Assembly (NCBI GenBank): GCA_903837285.1
Contig: CAILUD010000145.1
Location: 2,697 to 66,696, forward strand
Length of the DNA stretch: 64,000 nucleotides
From: an uncultured Bacteroidota bacterium
GTDB taxonomy: Bacteria; Bacteroidota; Bacteroidia; Bacteroidales; GWA2-32-17
Reading direction: 5' to 3'
Below the pieces are notes generated by a model that saw nothing but the letters and a program-made list of their open reading frames with translations, searched no databases and was not told the DNA's origin. Shown here piece after piece: positions 29,186-39,618 of this stretch; within the stretch, counting starts at the first letter, position 1, and each line of letters opens with the position of its first letter. Both the position numbers and the translations under genes were made by a program.

Positions 29186-29595
29186 TACATAAATGTCATG
29201 TTGCCATAACCTCTGTCAGACGAAAAAGTTACCTGAGGTTGAGCTCCCGACGAAACAAAAACTTCAAAATATTTTCCGTCTTTTACTTTAATCATTGTTC
29301 CTTCAACTTTCTTTTCTAAAGAAATAACTTTTACTGTAAATGATTTGTCAACGCTGTCGGTAAAATTTACCAAAACTTCCTGTTCGTTATATCCAATGGT
29401 AGCTTTTACTGCATTTTCTGTAACAGACCCATCCTGATTTGTAACAAATTGCTTGGTTACTTTTAATTCTGTTTTTGGAATTGATGAAACAGCAGTTGAA
29501 TCATTTGTTACATCATCTGTTTTTGTTTCAGAATTGCTGCACGAAAAAAAGAAAGCAGCAGAAATTAACGAAATAATAAAAAGAGTTCTTTTCAT
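29185..29595 (-). CDS. Hypothetical lipoprotein
   Basis: Signal peptide with lipobox FFSC. It starts 9 nt downstream of the valS stop and is followed by a hairpin/T7 terminator. Confidence 0.55.
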   Translation of the reverse strand: MKRTLFIISLISAAFFFSCSNSETKTDDVTNDSTAVSSIPKTELKVTKQFVTNQDGSVTENAVKATIGYNEQEVLVNFTDSVDKSFTVKVISLEKKVEGTMIKVKDGKYFEVFVSSGAQPQVTFSSDRGYGNMTFM

Positions 29596-29603
29596 ATAAA
29601 TTC

Positions 29604-32237
29604 TTATTTATTTGTTAGCGATTCTATTTGGTTTTCGATTGATTTAATTTTTATTTCGGCATCCGATTTCTTTGCAAGTTCAATTTTTACTACTTGTTCA
29701 GGTGCATGATTTACAAATTTTTCGTTTGCCAATTTATTATTTACAGAAAGTAAGAAACCACGAAGATAATCAAGTTCTTGTTGTAATTTATTAATTTCAT
29801 CTTCAATATTTAATTTTGTTCCTATAGGAATAAAATATTCAATCGTTTTAACATGGAATGTTGCAGTGTTTTCAATCTTTTCGGAGGTTTCGATTATACT
29901 TGTTAAATTACAAAGTTTTGAGGTTACCGAATTTAAATATACGTTATTTTTTTCGCCATTAGATTTAATAAACAGTTGAATAGATTCCTTCATAGGAAAT
30001 CCTCTTTCGGTTCTTATGGTGCGAATATTTGCAGTAAGTTCTTTTAAATTTTCAAAATCGGTTAAAAGTTGCTCATTGTATTTTTCGAATTTTGGCATTT
30101 GAGTAATCATTATACTCTCACCATAATTTCGATGTTCAATAATCTGCCAGATTTCTTCGGTAATAAATGGCATAAAAGGATGTAACAGTTTTAAAAGTTT
30201 ATCGAAAAATTCAATGCTCGATTTTAAAGTAGCACCATCAATTGGTTGTTGATATGCAGGTTTAATTATTTCTAAATACCATGATGAAAATTCGTCCCAG
30301 AAAAGCTTATAAATTTCCATCAAGGCTTCTGAAATACGATATTTTGAGAAATTATCTTCTACACTTTCTAAAGTTTTATTTAAAATAGAATTAAACCATT
30401 CGATTGCAATTTTTGAGTGTTCGGGTTGATCAGCTTTTTCGTCAACTTCCCATTGATTAATTAAACGGAAAGCGTTCCATATTTTATTCCCAAAATTTCG
30501 ACCTTGCTCAGTTAGGTTTTCATCAAATGGTAAATCGTTTCCGGCAGGTGAACATAACAACATGCCAACACGAACACCATCTGCTCCATATTTTTGCATT
30601 AGTTCAATCGGGTCGGGAGAATTGCCAAGCGATTTAGACATTTTTCGCCCTTGTTTGTCGCGAACAATACCAGTTAAATACACATTAGAAAATGGTTTGT
30701 CGCCAATGTATTCGTATCCTGCAATTATCATTCTTGCAACCCAAAAGAAAAGAATTTCTGGTGCTGTTACTAAATCATTTGTTGGATAATAATATTTAAT
30801 GTCTGCGTTTTCGGGATTTCTTATTCCGTCAAAAACAGAGATGGGCCATAGCCATGATGAAAACCATGTGTCAAGAACGTCTTCGTCTTGTTTTAATTCC
30901 GAAGCAGTTATTTCGGGATATTTAACTCTTGCAAGAACAAGTGCTGTTTCAATATTTTCTGCAATAACAAACTCGTGCGAATCTTTTATATACCAGGCTG
31001 GAATTTGTTGTCCCCACCACAACTGACGGCTAACACACCAGTCTTTTACATTTTCCATCCAATGCCTGTATGTGTTTTTGAATTTTGCAGGAATCAGCTG
31101 GATGTTATCGTTCATAACATTATCCAATGCAGGAGTTGATAGATCTTTCATTTTCAAAAACCACTGTAATGAAAGCTTAGGTTCAATTACTGCATTAGTG
31201 CGTTCCGAGTATCCTAGCTTATTGTTATATTTTTCAATTTTAACAAGATTTTCTAGTTTTTCTAATTCTGGAACTATAAGTTTTTTTGCTTCAAAACGAT
31301 CTATGCCAATATAAAAACCAGCTTTTTCGCTTAATGTGCCATCGTCGTTAAAAATATCTATTGTTTCGAGATTATATTTAATTCCTAATTCATAGTCATT
31401 AATATCATGTGCAGGAGTTACTTTTAAAGCACCTGTACCAAATTCACGATCAACATAACTGTCAAAAATAATTGGAACAGCTCTGTTTACTAGAGGAATT
31501 ATTACCTTTTTACCTTTTAAATGAGCGTATCTTTCATCCTCTGGGTGAACGCAAACTGCAGTATCTCCAAGTATAGTTTCCGGGCGTGTTGTAGCTATTG
31601 TTATATATTCTTCAGAGTTTTCGATTTTATATTTAACAAAATACAAATTTGATTGCTCTTCTTTATAAATTACTTCTTCGTCAGAAACAGCTGTTTTAGC
31701 CTGTGGATCCCAGTTTACCATTCTAACTCCACGGTATATGAGTCCTTTGTTATAAAGATCAATAAATACTTTAATTACACTTTCTGATAATGGTTTATCC
31801 ATTGTAAAACATGTGCGCTCCCAATCGCATGAGGCACCAAGTTTTTTTAGTTGTTCTAAAATTATTCCGCCATGTTTTTCTTTCCATTCCCATGCGTGTT
31901 TTAAAAATTCTTCTCTTGTAAGTGATTTTTTATCAATTCCCTGTTCTTTTAATTTTGCAACAACTCTTGCTTCAGTAGCAATAGAAGCATGATCGGTTCC
32001 TGGAACCCAACATGCATTTTTACCAAGCATTCTTGCACGTCTGATTAAAACATCTTGCAAAGTGTTGTTAAGCATGTGTCCCATGTGAAGAACACCAGTA
32101 ACATTTGGAGGAGGAATTACTATAGTATAAGGTTCGCGGTTATCTGGTGTTGAACGGAAAAAATTATTTTTCATCCAATACGAATACCATTTATCTTCTG
32201 TTAATGCAGGGTTATATTTTGCTTCAATTTCTTTCAT
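29604..32237 (-). CDS. valS: Valine--tRNA ligase
   Basis: HIGH-type [18 protein letters not shown] ([10 protein letters not shown]) and a C-terminal coiled coil. 877 aa. Confidence 0.97.
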   Translation of the reverse strand: MKEIEAKYNPALTEDKWYSYWMKNNFFRSTPDNREPYTIVIPPPNVTGVLHMGHMLNNTLQDVLIRRARMLGKNACWVPGTDHASIATEARVVAKLKEQGIDKKSLTREEFLKHAWEWKEKHGGIILEQLKKLGASCDWERTCFTMDKPLSESVIKVFIDLYNKGLIYRGVRMVNWDPQAKTAVSDEEVIYKEEQSNLYFVKYKIENSEEYITIATTRPETILGDTAVCVHPEDERYAHLKGKKVIIPLVNRAVPIIFDSYVDREFGTGALKVTPAHDINDYELGIKYNLETIDIFNDDGTLSEKAGFYIGIDRFEAKKLIVPELEKLENLVKIEKYNNKLGYSERTNAVIEPKLSLQWFLKMKDLSTPALDNVMNDNIQLIPAKFKNTYRHWMENVKDWCVSRQLWWGQQIPAWYIKDSHEFVIAENIETALVLARVKYPEITASELKQDEDVLDTWFSSWLWPISVFDGIRNPENADIKYYYPTNDLVTAPEILFFWVARMIIAGYEYIGDKPFSNVYLTGIVRDKQGRKMSKSLGNSPDPIELMQKYGADGVRVGMLLCSPAGNDLPFDENLTEQGRNFGNKIWNAFRLINQWEVDEKADQPEHSKIAIEWFNSILNKTLESVEDNFSKYRISEALMEIYKLFWDEFSSWYLEIIKPAYQQPIDGATLKSSIEFFDKLLKLLHPFMPFITEEIWQIIEHRNYGESIMITQMPKFEKYNEQLLTDFENLKELTANIRTIRTERGFPMKESIQLFIKSNGEKNNVYLNSVTSKLCNLTSIIETSEKIENTATFHVKTIEYFIPIGTKLNIEDEINKLQQELDYLRGFLLSVNNKLANEKFVNHAPEQVVKIELAKKSDAEIKIKSIENQIESLTNK

Positions 32238-32259
32238 TTCAATTCTTTTTCTATGATTG

Positions 32260-32267
32260 CAAAAATA
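32260..32267 (-). promoter_or_regulatory. Bacteroidota-type -7 box TATTTTTG (valS)
   Basis: Reverse complement of CAAAAATA, 23 nt before ATG 32237. Confidence 0.4.
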
Positions 32268-32520
32268 TAAATTTTCTTTATGAAATATCGAATCATTATC
32301 ATTTTACGACTATAAAACTTTAAATTTTGAGTCGAATTCTTTAATGGAATATTTAAAAAACAGAAAATTAAACTTAATTAAGAAATCCCATGTCTCAATA
32401 TATCAACGACTAAGGTTTGGGGTACGTTTCTTGATGAAAAAGAAGCAACTAAAAATATATTTTTTCGTCTAAATACTGTAATTTCGCAAATGTTAAAGTT
32501 CAATTAAAAATAAAAACGTT

Positions 32521-33003
32521 ATGAAGTCAATTATTTTTGTATTTCTTTTTACAGTTATTTCAGCAGGAGTAACTTTTTCTCAGACAATGTCGCATAAAGA
32601 CAGTGTAAAAGTAGCTAAAAATGCAGCTTTTTTAATGTTTGAGAATATAACACATGATTTTGGTACAATTCCATATAACGGTGATGGTACTGCTGATTTT
32701 AAATTTAAAAATACAGGTAAAAGCCCTTTGATTATAAGTAATTGTCAAGCTTCATGCGGTTGTACTGTTCCAGATTGGCCAAAAGATCCAATTGTTAAAA
32801 ACGCAAGCGGTTCAATAAAAGTAAAATACAATACAACACGAGTTGGTCCTTTCCAAAAAACTGTAACTGTAACTTCAAATTCTTCAAATTCACCAATAGT
32901 AATTACTATTAAAGGTACCGTAGAAAAAGCTCCTGAAGAAAAAACAGTTCCTACAAAAGATGAGACTGTTCCTAGTATTAATAAAGTTAACCAACAGCAC
33001 TAA
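32521..33003 (+). CDS. DUF1573 domain-containing secreted protein
   Basis: FKFKNTGKSPLIISN...CGCTVPDWPKDPI is the DUF1573 hallmark. Confidence 0.8.
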   Translation: MKSIIFVFLFTVISAGVTFSQTMSHKDSVKVAKNAAFLMFENITHDFGTIPYNGDGTADFKFKNTGKSPLIISNCQASCGCTVPDWPKDPIVKNASGSIKVKYNTTRVGPFQKTVTVTSNSSNSPIVITIKGTVEKAPEEKTVPTKDETVPSINKVNQQH

Positions 33004-33014
33004 AATTTTTTAAT

Positions 33015-34214
33015 ATGCTTTCTATTTCCGAAAAGGGGAAGTTGATGCCAGCTTCTCCAATACGTAAATTAGTTCCTTTTGCCGAAGAAGCAAAATTACG
33101 AGGAACTAAAGTTTACCACTTAAATATAGGTCAGCCAGATATTAAAACTCCAGAATGCGCTTTAAATGCAGTAAAAGTGGCCGATTTAAAAGTTATAGAG
33201 TATAGCCATTCTGCTGGATTTTTATCTTACCGCAAAAAATTGGCAAAATATTACCAAAGTGTTGGAATTGACATTAACGAAAATGAGATAATAGTTACTA
33301 ATGGTGGTAGTGAAGCAATACTTTTTGCATTTATGGTTTGTATTAATCCAGGTGAGGAAGTAATTATTCCAGAACCATATTATGCAAATTATAATGGCTT
33401 TGCAATTACTGCAGGAGTCGTAATTAAACCAATTGCTTCTTCAATAAAAAATGATTTTGCATTACCTGCAATAGAAGATTTCGAAAAAATTATTACTCCA
33501 AAAACAAAGGGAATAATGTTATGTAATCCAAATAACCCAACTGGTTATTTGTATTCAAAAGAGGAACTTGAAAAAGTTGCAATTCTTGTAAAAAAATATA
33601 ATCTATATCTTTTTGCAGATGAGGTCTACAGAGAGTTTTGTTATGATGGAGAAAAACATTTTTCTGCAATGAATTTAAAAGGTTTAGAACAAAATGTAGT
33701 TTTACTAGATGGAGTTTCTAAACGATATAGTATGTGTGGTGTTAGAATTGGTGTTCTTATTAGCCATAACTGTAATGTCATGCGTGCAACAATGAATTTT
33801 GCTCAGGCAAGATTATGTCCGCCAAGTTATGGACAAATTGCGGCCGAGGCAGCTATTGATACACCAAAAGAATATTTTACTGAAGTTTACAATGAATATA
33901 TAGAGCGACGAAATTTTATGGTTGCTGAATTAAATAAAATGCCTGGCGTTTATAGCCCACTTCCTAAAGGTGCATTTTATACTGTAGCTTCTTTTCCTAT
34001 TGATAATGCTGATAAATTTTGCGAATGGCTTTTAACCAGTTTTAGTCATAAAGGGCAAACTGTAATGATGGCACCGGCAAGCGGATTTTATTCACATCAT
34101 TCTATGGGAAAAAATGAATGCCGTCTAGCTTATGTTTTAAATATTGACGATTTAAGAAATGCGATGGAAGTTCTTGCTGAGGCATTAAAAGTTTATCCGG
34201 GAAGAACTAATTAA
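33015..34214 (+). CDS. Class I/II PLP-dependent (aspartate-type) aminotransferase
   Basis: SPIRKL N-terminus, NPNNPTG and SKRYSMCGVRIG (PLP lysine). Confidence 0.85.
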   Translation: MLSISEKGKLMPASPIRKLVPFAEEAKLRGTKVYHLNIGQPDIKTPECALNAVKVADLKVIEYSHSAGFLSYRKKLAKYYQSVGIDINENEIIVTNGGSEAILFAFMVCINPGEEVIIPEPYYANYNGFAITAGVVIKPIASSIKNDFALPAIEDFEKIITPKTKGIMLCNPNNPTGYLYSKEELEKVAILVKKYNLYLFADEVYREFCYDGEKHFSAMNLKGLEQNVVLLDGVSKRYSMCGVRIGVLISHNCNVMRATMNFAQARLCPPSYGQIAAEAAIDTPKEYFTEVYNEYIERRNFMVAELNKMPGVYSPLPKGAFYTVASFPIDNADKFCEWLLTSFSHKGQTVMMAPASGFYSHHSMGKNECRLAYVLNIDDLRNAMEVLAEALKVYPGRTN

Positions 34215-34222
34215 ATTCAAAG

Positions 34223-34334
34223 TTCCAAATTCCAAAGGGAATTTCATTTGAAATTTATTTGATGTCAGGTCTTTCGACCTGACATTGTTAAATATATTAG
34301 TGTGTTTTTCCGCCGCGGTGGATAAAATTTGGAA
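34223..34334. repeat. Composite intergenic element bounded by inverted TTCCAAATT
   Basis: Inverted repeat at 34223-34231 / 34326-34334. Hairpins at 34227-34244 and 34262-34285 (perfect 10 bp). GC palindrome at 34308-34323. Confidence 0.65.
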
Positions 34335-34370
34335 TTAGTCTATGAATTATAAATTAATCGTATTTAAAGA

Positions 34371-35792
34371 CTAGCCAACAAACCATCTGAATAAAAGGAA
34401 TAAACCACCAGAAAGTAAAACTGTAACTGGAATTGTAACAATCCATGCAATCAATATGTTTTTTATAGTACCATATTGTAAGTTTTTTCTTCCGCCATGC
34501 GCTAACATACTTCCAGCAATACCAGATGAAAGTACATGTGTTGTGCTAACAGGTAAGCCCAATACTGTAGAAATTCCAATTGTGCTTGCAGCTACTAATT
34601 CGGCACTCGCGCCTTGAGCATATGAAAGATGTGATTTTCCAATTTTTTCACCTATTGTTACAACAATTCTCTTCCAGCCAATCATTGTTCCTAAACCAAG
34701 TGAAGCTGATATTAAAAGAATTACCCACCAAGGAGCATATTCTGTATAAGTAGATAATTCCTTAACATTCTTTTTAAAGTGATCGGCTTCTTTTTCACTT
34801 AGGTTAATGGCAGCAATATTTTTATTGGATTCACTTTTAAAAAATTTATCACTTAATTTAGCAATTGATAAGATGTTTTTTCTTACTCCTATTCTTTCTG
34901 AATATGGAATTTCATCGGGACCCTGTGATTTATCAATTACAAGTTTAAGTGAATTAACTTTTGTTTTTAGTTCAGCATAAACTTTATAGTCTGCAGCAGC
35001 CAATTTAAGTGTATCTATTTTTGAAATATAGTTTCCAAGATGCATAATGTTACCATCCATATTTGTTGTGTTTTTTGAAGAATCAAGTGCAAATTGTGCT
35101 GGTAAAAAAGCAATAAGTATAATCATTATTAAACCAACACCTTTTTGTCCGTCGTTTGATCCATGAGAAAAACTAACACTTGTACAAGTTAAAACAAGAA
35201 AAGAACGAATCCAAAATGGAGGTTTTTTATCGGGTTCAGGTTCGTTAAAAAACTTTTTCTTTTTAATTAACTTTTTAAATATAAACATTAACATCATAGT
35301 TAATAATAAACCAACTATAGGTGAAACTAATAATGAAATACCAGCATCGGTAACTTTTTTCCAGTTAAGTGCAACATTTCCGTCAACCGAAATAAACATA
35401 AATGCAATTCCAACTCCGAAAATTGAGCCTAATAAAGTATGTGAGCTTGAGCAAGGAATACCAAAATACCATGTTGCAAGGTTCCAAACAATAGCAGTAA
35501 TTATTAATGCTGCAATCATTGCAACGCTATGATAAATATTCTGATCAACAAGTGCATCTAAGGGAAGTAAATTAACAATTCCCATTGCGACTGCAATTCC
35601 ACCAAAATAAACACCAATAAAATTCCAGATTCCAGACCAAACTACAGCTACATGAGGTTTTAATGAGCGTGTGTAAATTACAGTTGCAACTGCGTTTGCT
35701 GTATCGTGAAAGCCATTAATGAACTCAAAAACTAAAGCTGCAAGTATTACTACTACAAGTAAAATTGATAATCCAACAGTTAATCCGAACAT
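34371..35792 (-). CDS. PiT-family inorganic phosphate transporter
   Basis: GFHDTANAVAT and HGSNDGQKG PHO4 signatures in both halves, with a long hydrophilic central loop. Confidence 0.9.
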   Translation of the reverse strand: MFGLTVGLSILLVVVILAALVFEFINGFHDTANAVATVIYTRSLKPHVAVVWSGIWNFIGVYFGGIAVAMGIVNLLPLDALVDQNIYHSVAMIAALIITAIVWNLATWYFGIPCSSSHTLLGSIFGVGIAFMFISVDGNVALNWKKVTDAGISLLVSPIVGLLLTMMLMFIFKKLIKKKKFFNEPEPDKKPPFWIRSFLVLTCTSVSFSHGSNDGQKGVGLIMIILIAFLPAQFALDSSKNTTNMDGNIMHLGNYISKIDTLKLAAADYKVYAELKTKVNSLKLVIDKSQGPDEIPYSERIGVRKNILSIAKLSDKFFKSESNKNIAAINLSEKEADHFKKNVKELSTYTEYAPWWVILLISASLGLGTMIGWKRIVVTIGEKIGKSHLSYAQGASAELVAASTIGISTVLGLPVSTTHVLSSGIAGSMLAHGGRKNLQYGTIKNILIAWIVTIPVTVLLSGGLFLLFRWFVG

Positions 35793-35819
35793 AAATTTAT
35801 TTTTAAATATTTTATGTTA

Positions 35820-35875
35820 CAAAATAATGTCTTTATTATTAATCCAACTTTAACTTAATGTTAAGTTAAAGTTAA
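35820..35875 (-). promoter_or_regulatory. Candidate Pho-box array + -7 box upstream of the PiT gene
   Basis: Minus strand: TTAACT-N5-TTAACA-N5-TTAAAG-N5-TTAATA (35875->35837), N9, TTATTTTG (35827->35820), ATG 35792. Confidence 0.5.
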
Positions 35876-35884
35876 GTGTTATTT

Positions 35885-36037
35885 AGAAACTGTTTTGAAT
35901 TTTTAATTTGGTCCGTTGTGGCGGATTATAAAATAGTCCAATTTTTTTAATTCATCTCCCAACCCTCTTCAAAATAGAGGGACAATAGGTTGAACTATTT
36001 TATCCGCCGCGACGAATTGGGATTTTGATTTTTAAAG
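35885..36037. repeat. Composite intergenic element between phoU and the PiT gene
   Basis: AGAAACTGTTTTGAATTTTT (35885-35904). Degenerate GC palindrome copies at 35912-35926 and 36002-36016 flank the module 35930-36003. Ends with GGGATTTTGATTTTTAAAG. Confidence 0.7.
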
Positions 36038-36041
36038 ATGT

Positions 36042-36719
36042 TTATTCTGATACACCCTTTTTCTTTTTCTGGTGCTTTAAAACTTTTGCTTCCATAAAGA
36101 AAATTAATTCTTCTGCAATATTTTGTATATGATCGCCAACACGCTCTAATTTTCTAATTATTGATAACACATTCATTGCACTCATTACATCTGCCGGATT
36201 ATTTATAATATAATCAGAAACAATTTTTGTGGCTTCTTTATTTATTTTATTGATGGCTTTATCGCGACATAATATATTTCTTGTCTCCCAATTATTTTCG
36301 TGTTCAAATGAAGCTAAGCTTTCTTTTAAAAGTTCTTTACATAAATTGAACATTAATTCAACTTTAGTTGATGAAAATAATTCTTCTTTTATGGGATTTT
36401 CAAGGTCATTAACTAATTTACTAATGCCGCTTGCATAATCGCCAATTCTTTCGAGGTTGTAGTTTACCTTTAATACTGATAAAACAAAACGCAAATCGAT
36501 AGCAACAGGACTATAGAGAGCTAAAATATTTTCACAATCCTTGTCAATCATTAATTCAAAAGTATCGACCATTTTTTCGTTTACTTTGATATTTTGACAT
36601 AAGTTTTTGTCGAAATCAGTTAATACTTTTTGCGATTTATCAAGTTGACTATTTACTAAATGCCACATTTCAACAACGTTATTTTTTAACGATTGAATTT
36701 CTGTTTCTAGGTGGTTCAT
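36042..36719 (-). CDS. phoU: Phosphate signalling complex protein PhoU
   Basis: Two PhoU repeats (ERIGDYA, ERVGDHI). ATG 36719 (MNHLETEIQ) is preferred, because the longer ORF would overlap pstB. Confidence 0.85.
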   Translation of the reverse strand: MNHLETEIQSLKNNVVEMWHLVNSQLDKSQKVLTDFDKNLCQNIKVNEKMVDTFELMIDKDCENILALYSPVAIDLRFVLSVLKVNYNLERIGDYASGISKLVNDLENPIKEELFSSTKVELMFNLCKELLKESLASFEHENNWETRNILCRDKAINKINKEATKIVSDYIINNPADVMSAMNVLSIIRKLERVGDHIQNIAEELIFFMEAKVLKHQKKKKGVSE

Positions 36720-36769
36720 GTAAAAATATATTAAAATTGTTATTTGTATTATTAGGTGTTTTGTTATTA

Positions 36770-37525
36770 TCAACCAAATCTACCAGTAATATAATTTTGA
36801 GTTTTTATGTTTTTTGGATTTATAAATAATTCTTTTGTTACACCTTTCTCTATTAGTTCACCCAAATAGAAGAATGCTGTATAATCGCTTACCCTTCCAG
36901 CTTGTTGAAGATTATGGGTTACAATAACTATGGTATATTTACTTTTTAATTCGTAAATTAATTCCTCAATTTTTGCGGTAGAAATTGGATCGAGTGCTGA
37001 TGCAGGTTCGTCCATTAAAATTATAGATGGTTCTATTGCCAAAGCTCTTGCAATACAAAGTCGTTGCTGTTGTCCGCCCGATAATTCAAAAGCAGATTTT
37101 TTTAATTTATCTTTTACTTCGTCCCATAATGCAGCTTGTTTTAAAGAAAATTCAACTTTTTCTTTTAAGGTCGACATGTCATTAACACCGTTCACTCTTA
37201 AGCCATATGCAACATTTTCGAATATTGATTTTGGAAATGGATTTGGTTTTTGAAAAACCATTCCTACTTTTCTTCTTAGTTCAACAATGTTTGTGTCTTT
37301 TTGATAAATATTTTCTCCTTCAACCGTTATATCTCCGGTAATTTTAACATTATCTATAAGATCATTCATTCTGTTAAATAACCTAAGGTAAGTTGATTTT
37401 CCACAACCAGATGGGCCTATTAATGCCGTTACTGTATTTGGCAAAAAATCTATAGAAATATCTTTTAAGGCTTGAGATTCGCCATAAAATAAATTTACTT
37501 TATCTGTTGTTATAATATATTCCAT
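36770..37525 (-). CDS. pstB: Phosphate ABC transporter ATP-binding protein
   Basis: [23 protein letters not shown] and ILMDEP. Confidence 0.95.
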   Translation of the reverse strand: MEYIITTDKVNLFYGESQALKDISIDFLPNTVTALIGPSGCGKSTYLRLFNRMNDLIDNVKITGDITVEGENIYQKDTNIVELRRKVGMVFQKPNPFPKSIFENVAYGLRVNGVNDMSTLKEKVEFSLKQAALWDEVKDKLKKSAFELSGGQQQRLCIARALAIEPSIILMDEPASALDPISTAKIEELIYELKSKYTIVIVTHNLQQAGRVSDYTAFFYLGELIEKGVTKELFINPKNIKTQNYITGRFG

Positions 37526-37526
37526 T

Positions 37527-38405
37527 TTAATTCATTTTAACTTTTTTTCCGAAGTATTTTCTTAAAGCATTAGCCAGCAAGTTAACAATTAATACGAATC
37601 CAATCAATACCATTGCTGTTCCATATGCTATTGGTCGGGATGCTTCTACATTTGTTCCGCTTGTTGAAATTACATATAGGTGATATGGTAATGCCATAAC
37701 CTGATCGAAAATACTTGAAGGAAGTTTTGGTAAGAAATATGCTGCAACTGTAAATAATATAGGAGCAGTTTCGCCCGAAACTCTTCCTACTGATAAAATT
37801 ATTCCGGTAATAATATTTGGGAATGCCATTGGTAAAACCACTTTGCGAACTGTTTGCAACTTTGTTGCACCAAGGGCAAGACTTCCATGTCTGAAGGAAT
37901 TATCTACTGCTTTTAATGCTTCTTCTGTAGTTCTTATAACAACTGGTAAAACCATTAATCCTAAAGTGAGCGATCCTGCAATTATTGAATCGCCAAACCC
38001 TAATGTGTTTACAAATAACGACATTCCAAATAATCCAAATACAATAGATGGAATACCGGCAAGGTTATTTGTCATTAATTTTATAAAGCGTTTATACCAG
38101 CTGTCTTTTGTATATTCGTTAATATAAATTCCAGAAAAAACTCCGATTGGAATTGCAAAAATCATACTTCCTGCAACCAAACATAAAGTACCTATAATTG
38201 CTGGATATATACCTCCTTTAGTCATTCCATCCTCCGGCATTTGTGTTAAGAAATTCCAGTTTATAACACTAATCCCATTATAAATAATAAAAGATAGAAT
38301 TGCAACTAAACTTAGAACAACAATTGCACTAAAAACACGAAAAATATTGAATGCAACTTTTTCTTTTAAATTCTTATTTCTTATGACTTTTTTACTAATA
38401 ATCAT
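37527..38405 (-). CDS. pstA: Phosphate ABC transporter permease PstA
   Basis: Six-TM permease with [18 protein letters not shown] (EAA loop). ATGA overlap with pstC. Confidence 0.9.
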   Translation of the reverse strand: MIISKKVIRNKNLKEKVAFNIFRVFSAIVVLSLVAILSFIIYNGISVINWNFLTQMPEDGMTKGGIYPAIIGTLCLVAGSMIFAIPIGVFSGIYINEYTKDSWYKRFIKLMTNNLAGIPSIVFGLFGMSLFVNTLGFGDSIIAGSLTLGLMVLPVVIRTTEEALKAVDNSFRHGSLALGATKLQTVRKVVLPMAFPNIITGIILSVGRVSGETAPILFTVAAYFLPKLPSSIFDQVMALPYHLYVISTSGTNVEASRPIAYGTAMVLIGFVLIVNLLANALRKYFGKKVKMN

Positions 38406-39610
38406 CTTGCGTTATACTTTTTCTTTGAGGAAACATATCCTACTATAAGATTTATTGCCATAGTAATTATAAATAATATACAGCCTAGAGCAAATAATGC
38501 TTTGTAATGTAATCCTCCTTGTGGAGCTTCACCTAGTTCGGCTGCAATTGTTGCCGGAATAGTTCTTACTGGTTCTAAAAATGAATGAGGGATAACTGCA
38601 GCATTTCCTGTAACCATTAACACTGCCATAGTTTCGCCAATTGCGCGACCAATACCAAGTATTGTTGCTGCTGTAATTCCCGAACCTGAATATGGAATTA
38701 TTACTCTATATATTGTTTGCCATTTGTTAGCTCCAAGAGCCAGACTAGCTTCTTTCATTGCTTTTGGAGTTGTTCTAAGTGCGTCCTCGGAAATGGTTAT
38801 AATTGTTGGCAATGCCATAATGGCTAATACAATACTTCCAGCAAGTGCAGTTTCGCCAACAGGTAAGTCAAATAATTTTTGTATTCCCGGAACAATGATT
38901 ACTAAACCAAAAAAACCATAAACAACAGATGGAATTCCGGCTAATAATTCTATGAGTGGTTTTAAAATATTTCTAATTTTTGGACTGGTAATTTCTGCCA
39001 TGTAAATAGAAGTTGCCAATCCCAAAGGAAGAGCAATTAAGATAGCCCCAAAACTTACCCAAAGTGTTCCAAGTATTAAGGGTAAAACTCCTAGTTGAGC
39101 AGCTGGTTGGGCAGTAGGGAACCATTCTTTTTGTGATATAAACTGCGAAATATTTACTTTTGTAGTTGTTAATATTTTACCGGTAAAACCTTTTCCCGTA
39201 TATCTTGTTGTAACAAATGCAATAGCACCTGGATTATTTTCGGTATAATCACTTATACATTGAGGAAGAAATTCAAAATTCTCACCTATTGCCGAATCAG
39301 AATAAAATTCGCCAATATTATCTATATTGAACAATGTTATAGAATCGTTTTTACCACCTACTGTTTTCCAGTTAGTAATATTCTGATCGAAAATGTTTTT
39401 AATTTCATTTGCAGTTAATTCATTAACAGGGTTATTTTTGTTCACCACCAACGAAAATCCATCTTCAATAGGAGTCTGATTAAAAGTTCCTATTCCTTCT
39501 TTAAAAAGAAAAATTATAATCAGCACTATAGCCAATGTGGTTATAGTGCTGCTTAAAAATAATGTTCCCTCTATAAGCTTTTCAAATGTGGATTTTAAGA
39601 ACTTAATCAT
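38402..39610 (-). CDS. pstC: Phosphate ABC transporter permease PstC with enlarged first periplasmic loop
   Basis: SLALGANKWQTIYRVIIP EAA loop. There is a ~125-aa insertion after TM1. Confidence 0.9.
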   Translation of the reverse strand: MIKFLKSTFEKLIEGTLFLSSTITTLAIVLIIIFLFKEGIGTFNQTPIEDGFSLVVNKNNPVNELTANEIKNIFDQNITNWKTVGGKNDSITLFNIDNIGEFYSDSAIGENFEFLPQCISDYTENNPGAIAFVTTRYTGKGFTGKILTTTKVNISQFISQKEWFPTAQPAAQLGVLPLILGTLWVSFGAILIALPLGLATSIYMAEITSPKIRNILKPLIELLAGIPSVVYGFFGLVIIVPGIQKLFDLPVGETALAGSIVLAIMALPTIITISEDALRTTPKAMKEASLALGANKWQTIYRVIIPYSGSGITAATILGIGRAIGETMAVLMVTGNAAVIPHSFLEPVRTIPATIAAELGEAPQGGLHYKALFALGCILFIITMAINLIVGYVSSKKKYNAR

Positions 39611-39618
39611 TCTTATAA

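Noticed and set aside
34900-35100. Long hydrophilic insertion in the PiT transporter as a possible fused regulatory domain
   Set aside because: PiT/PHO4 proteins normally have a large variable cytoplasmic loop between their two homologous halves, and I see no recognisable domain motif in it.
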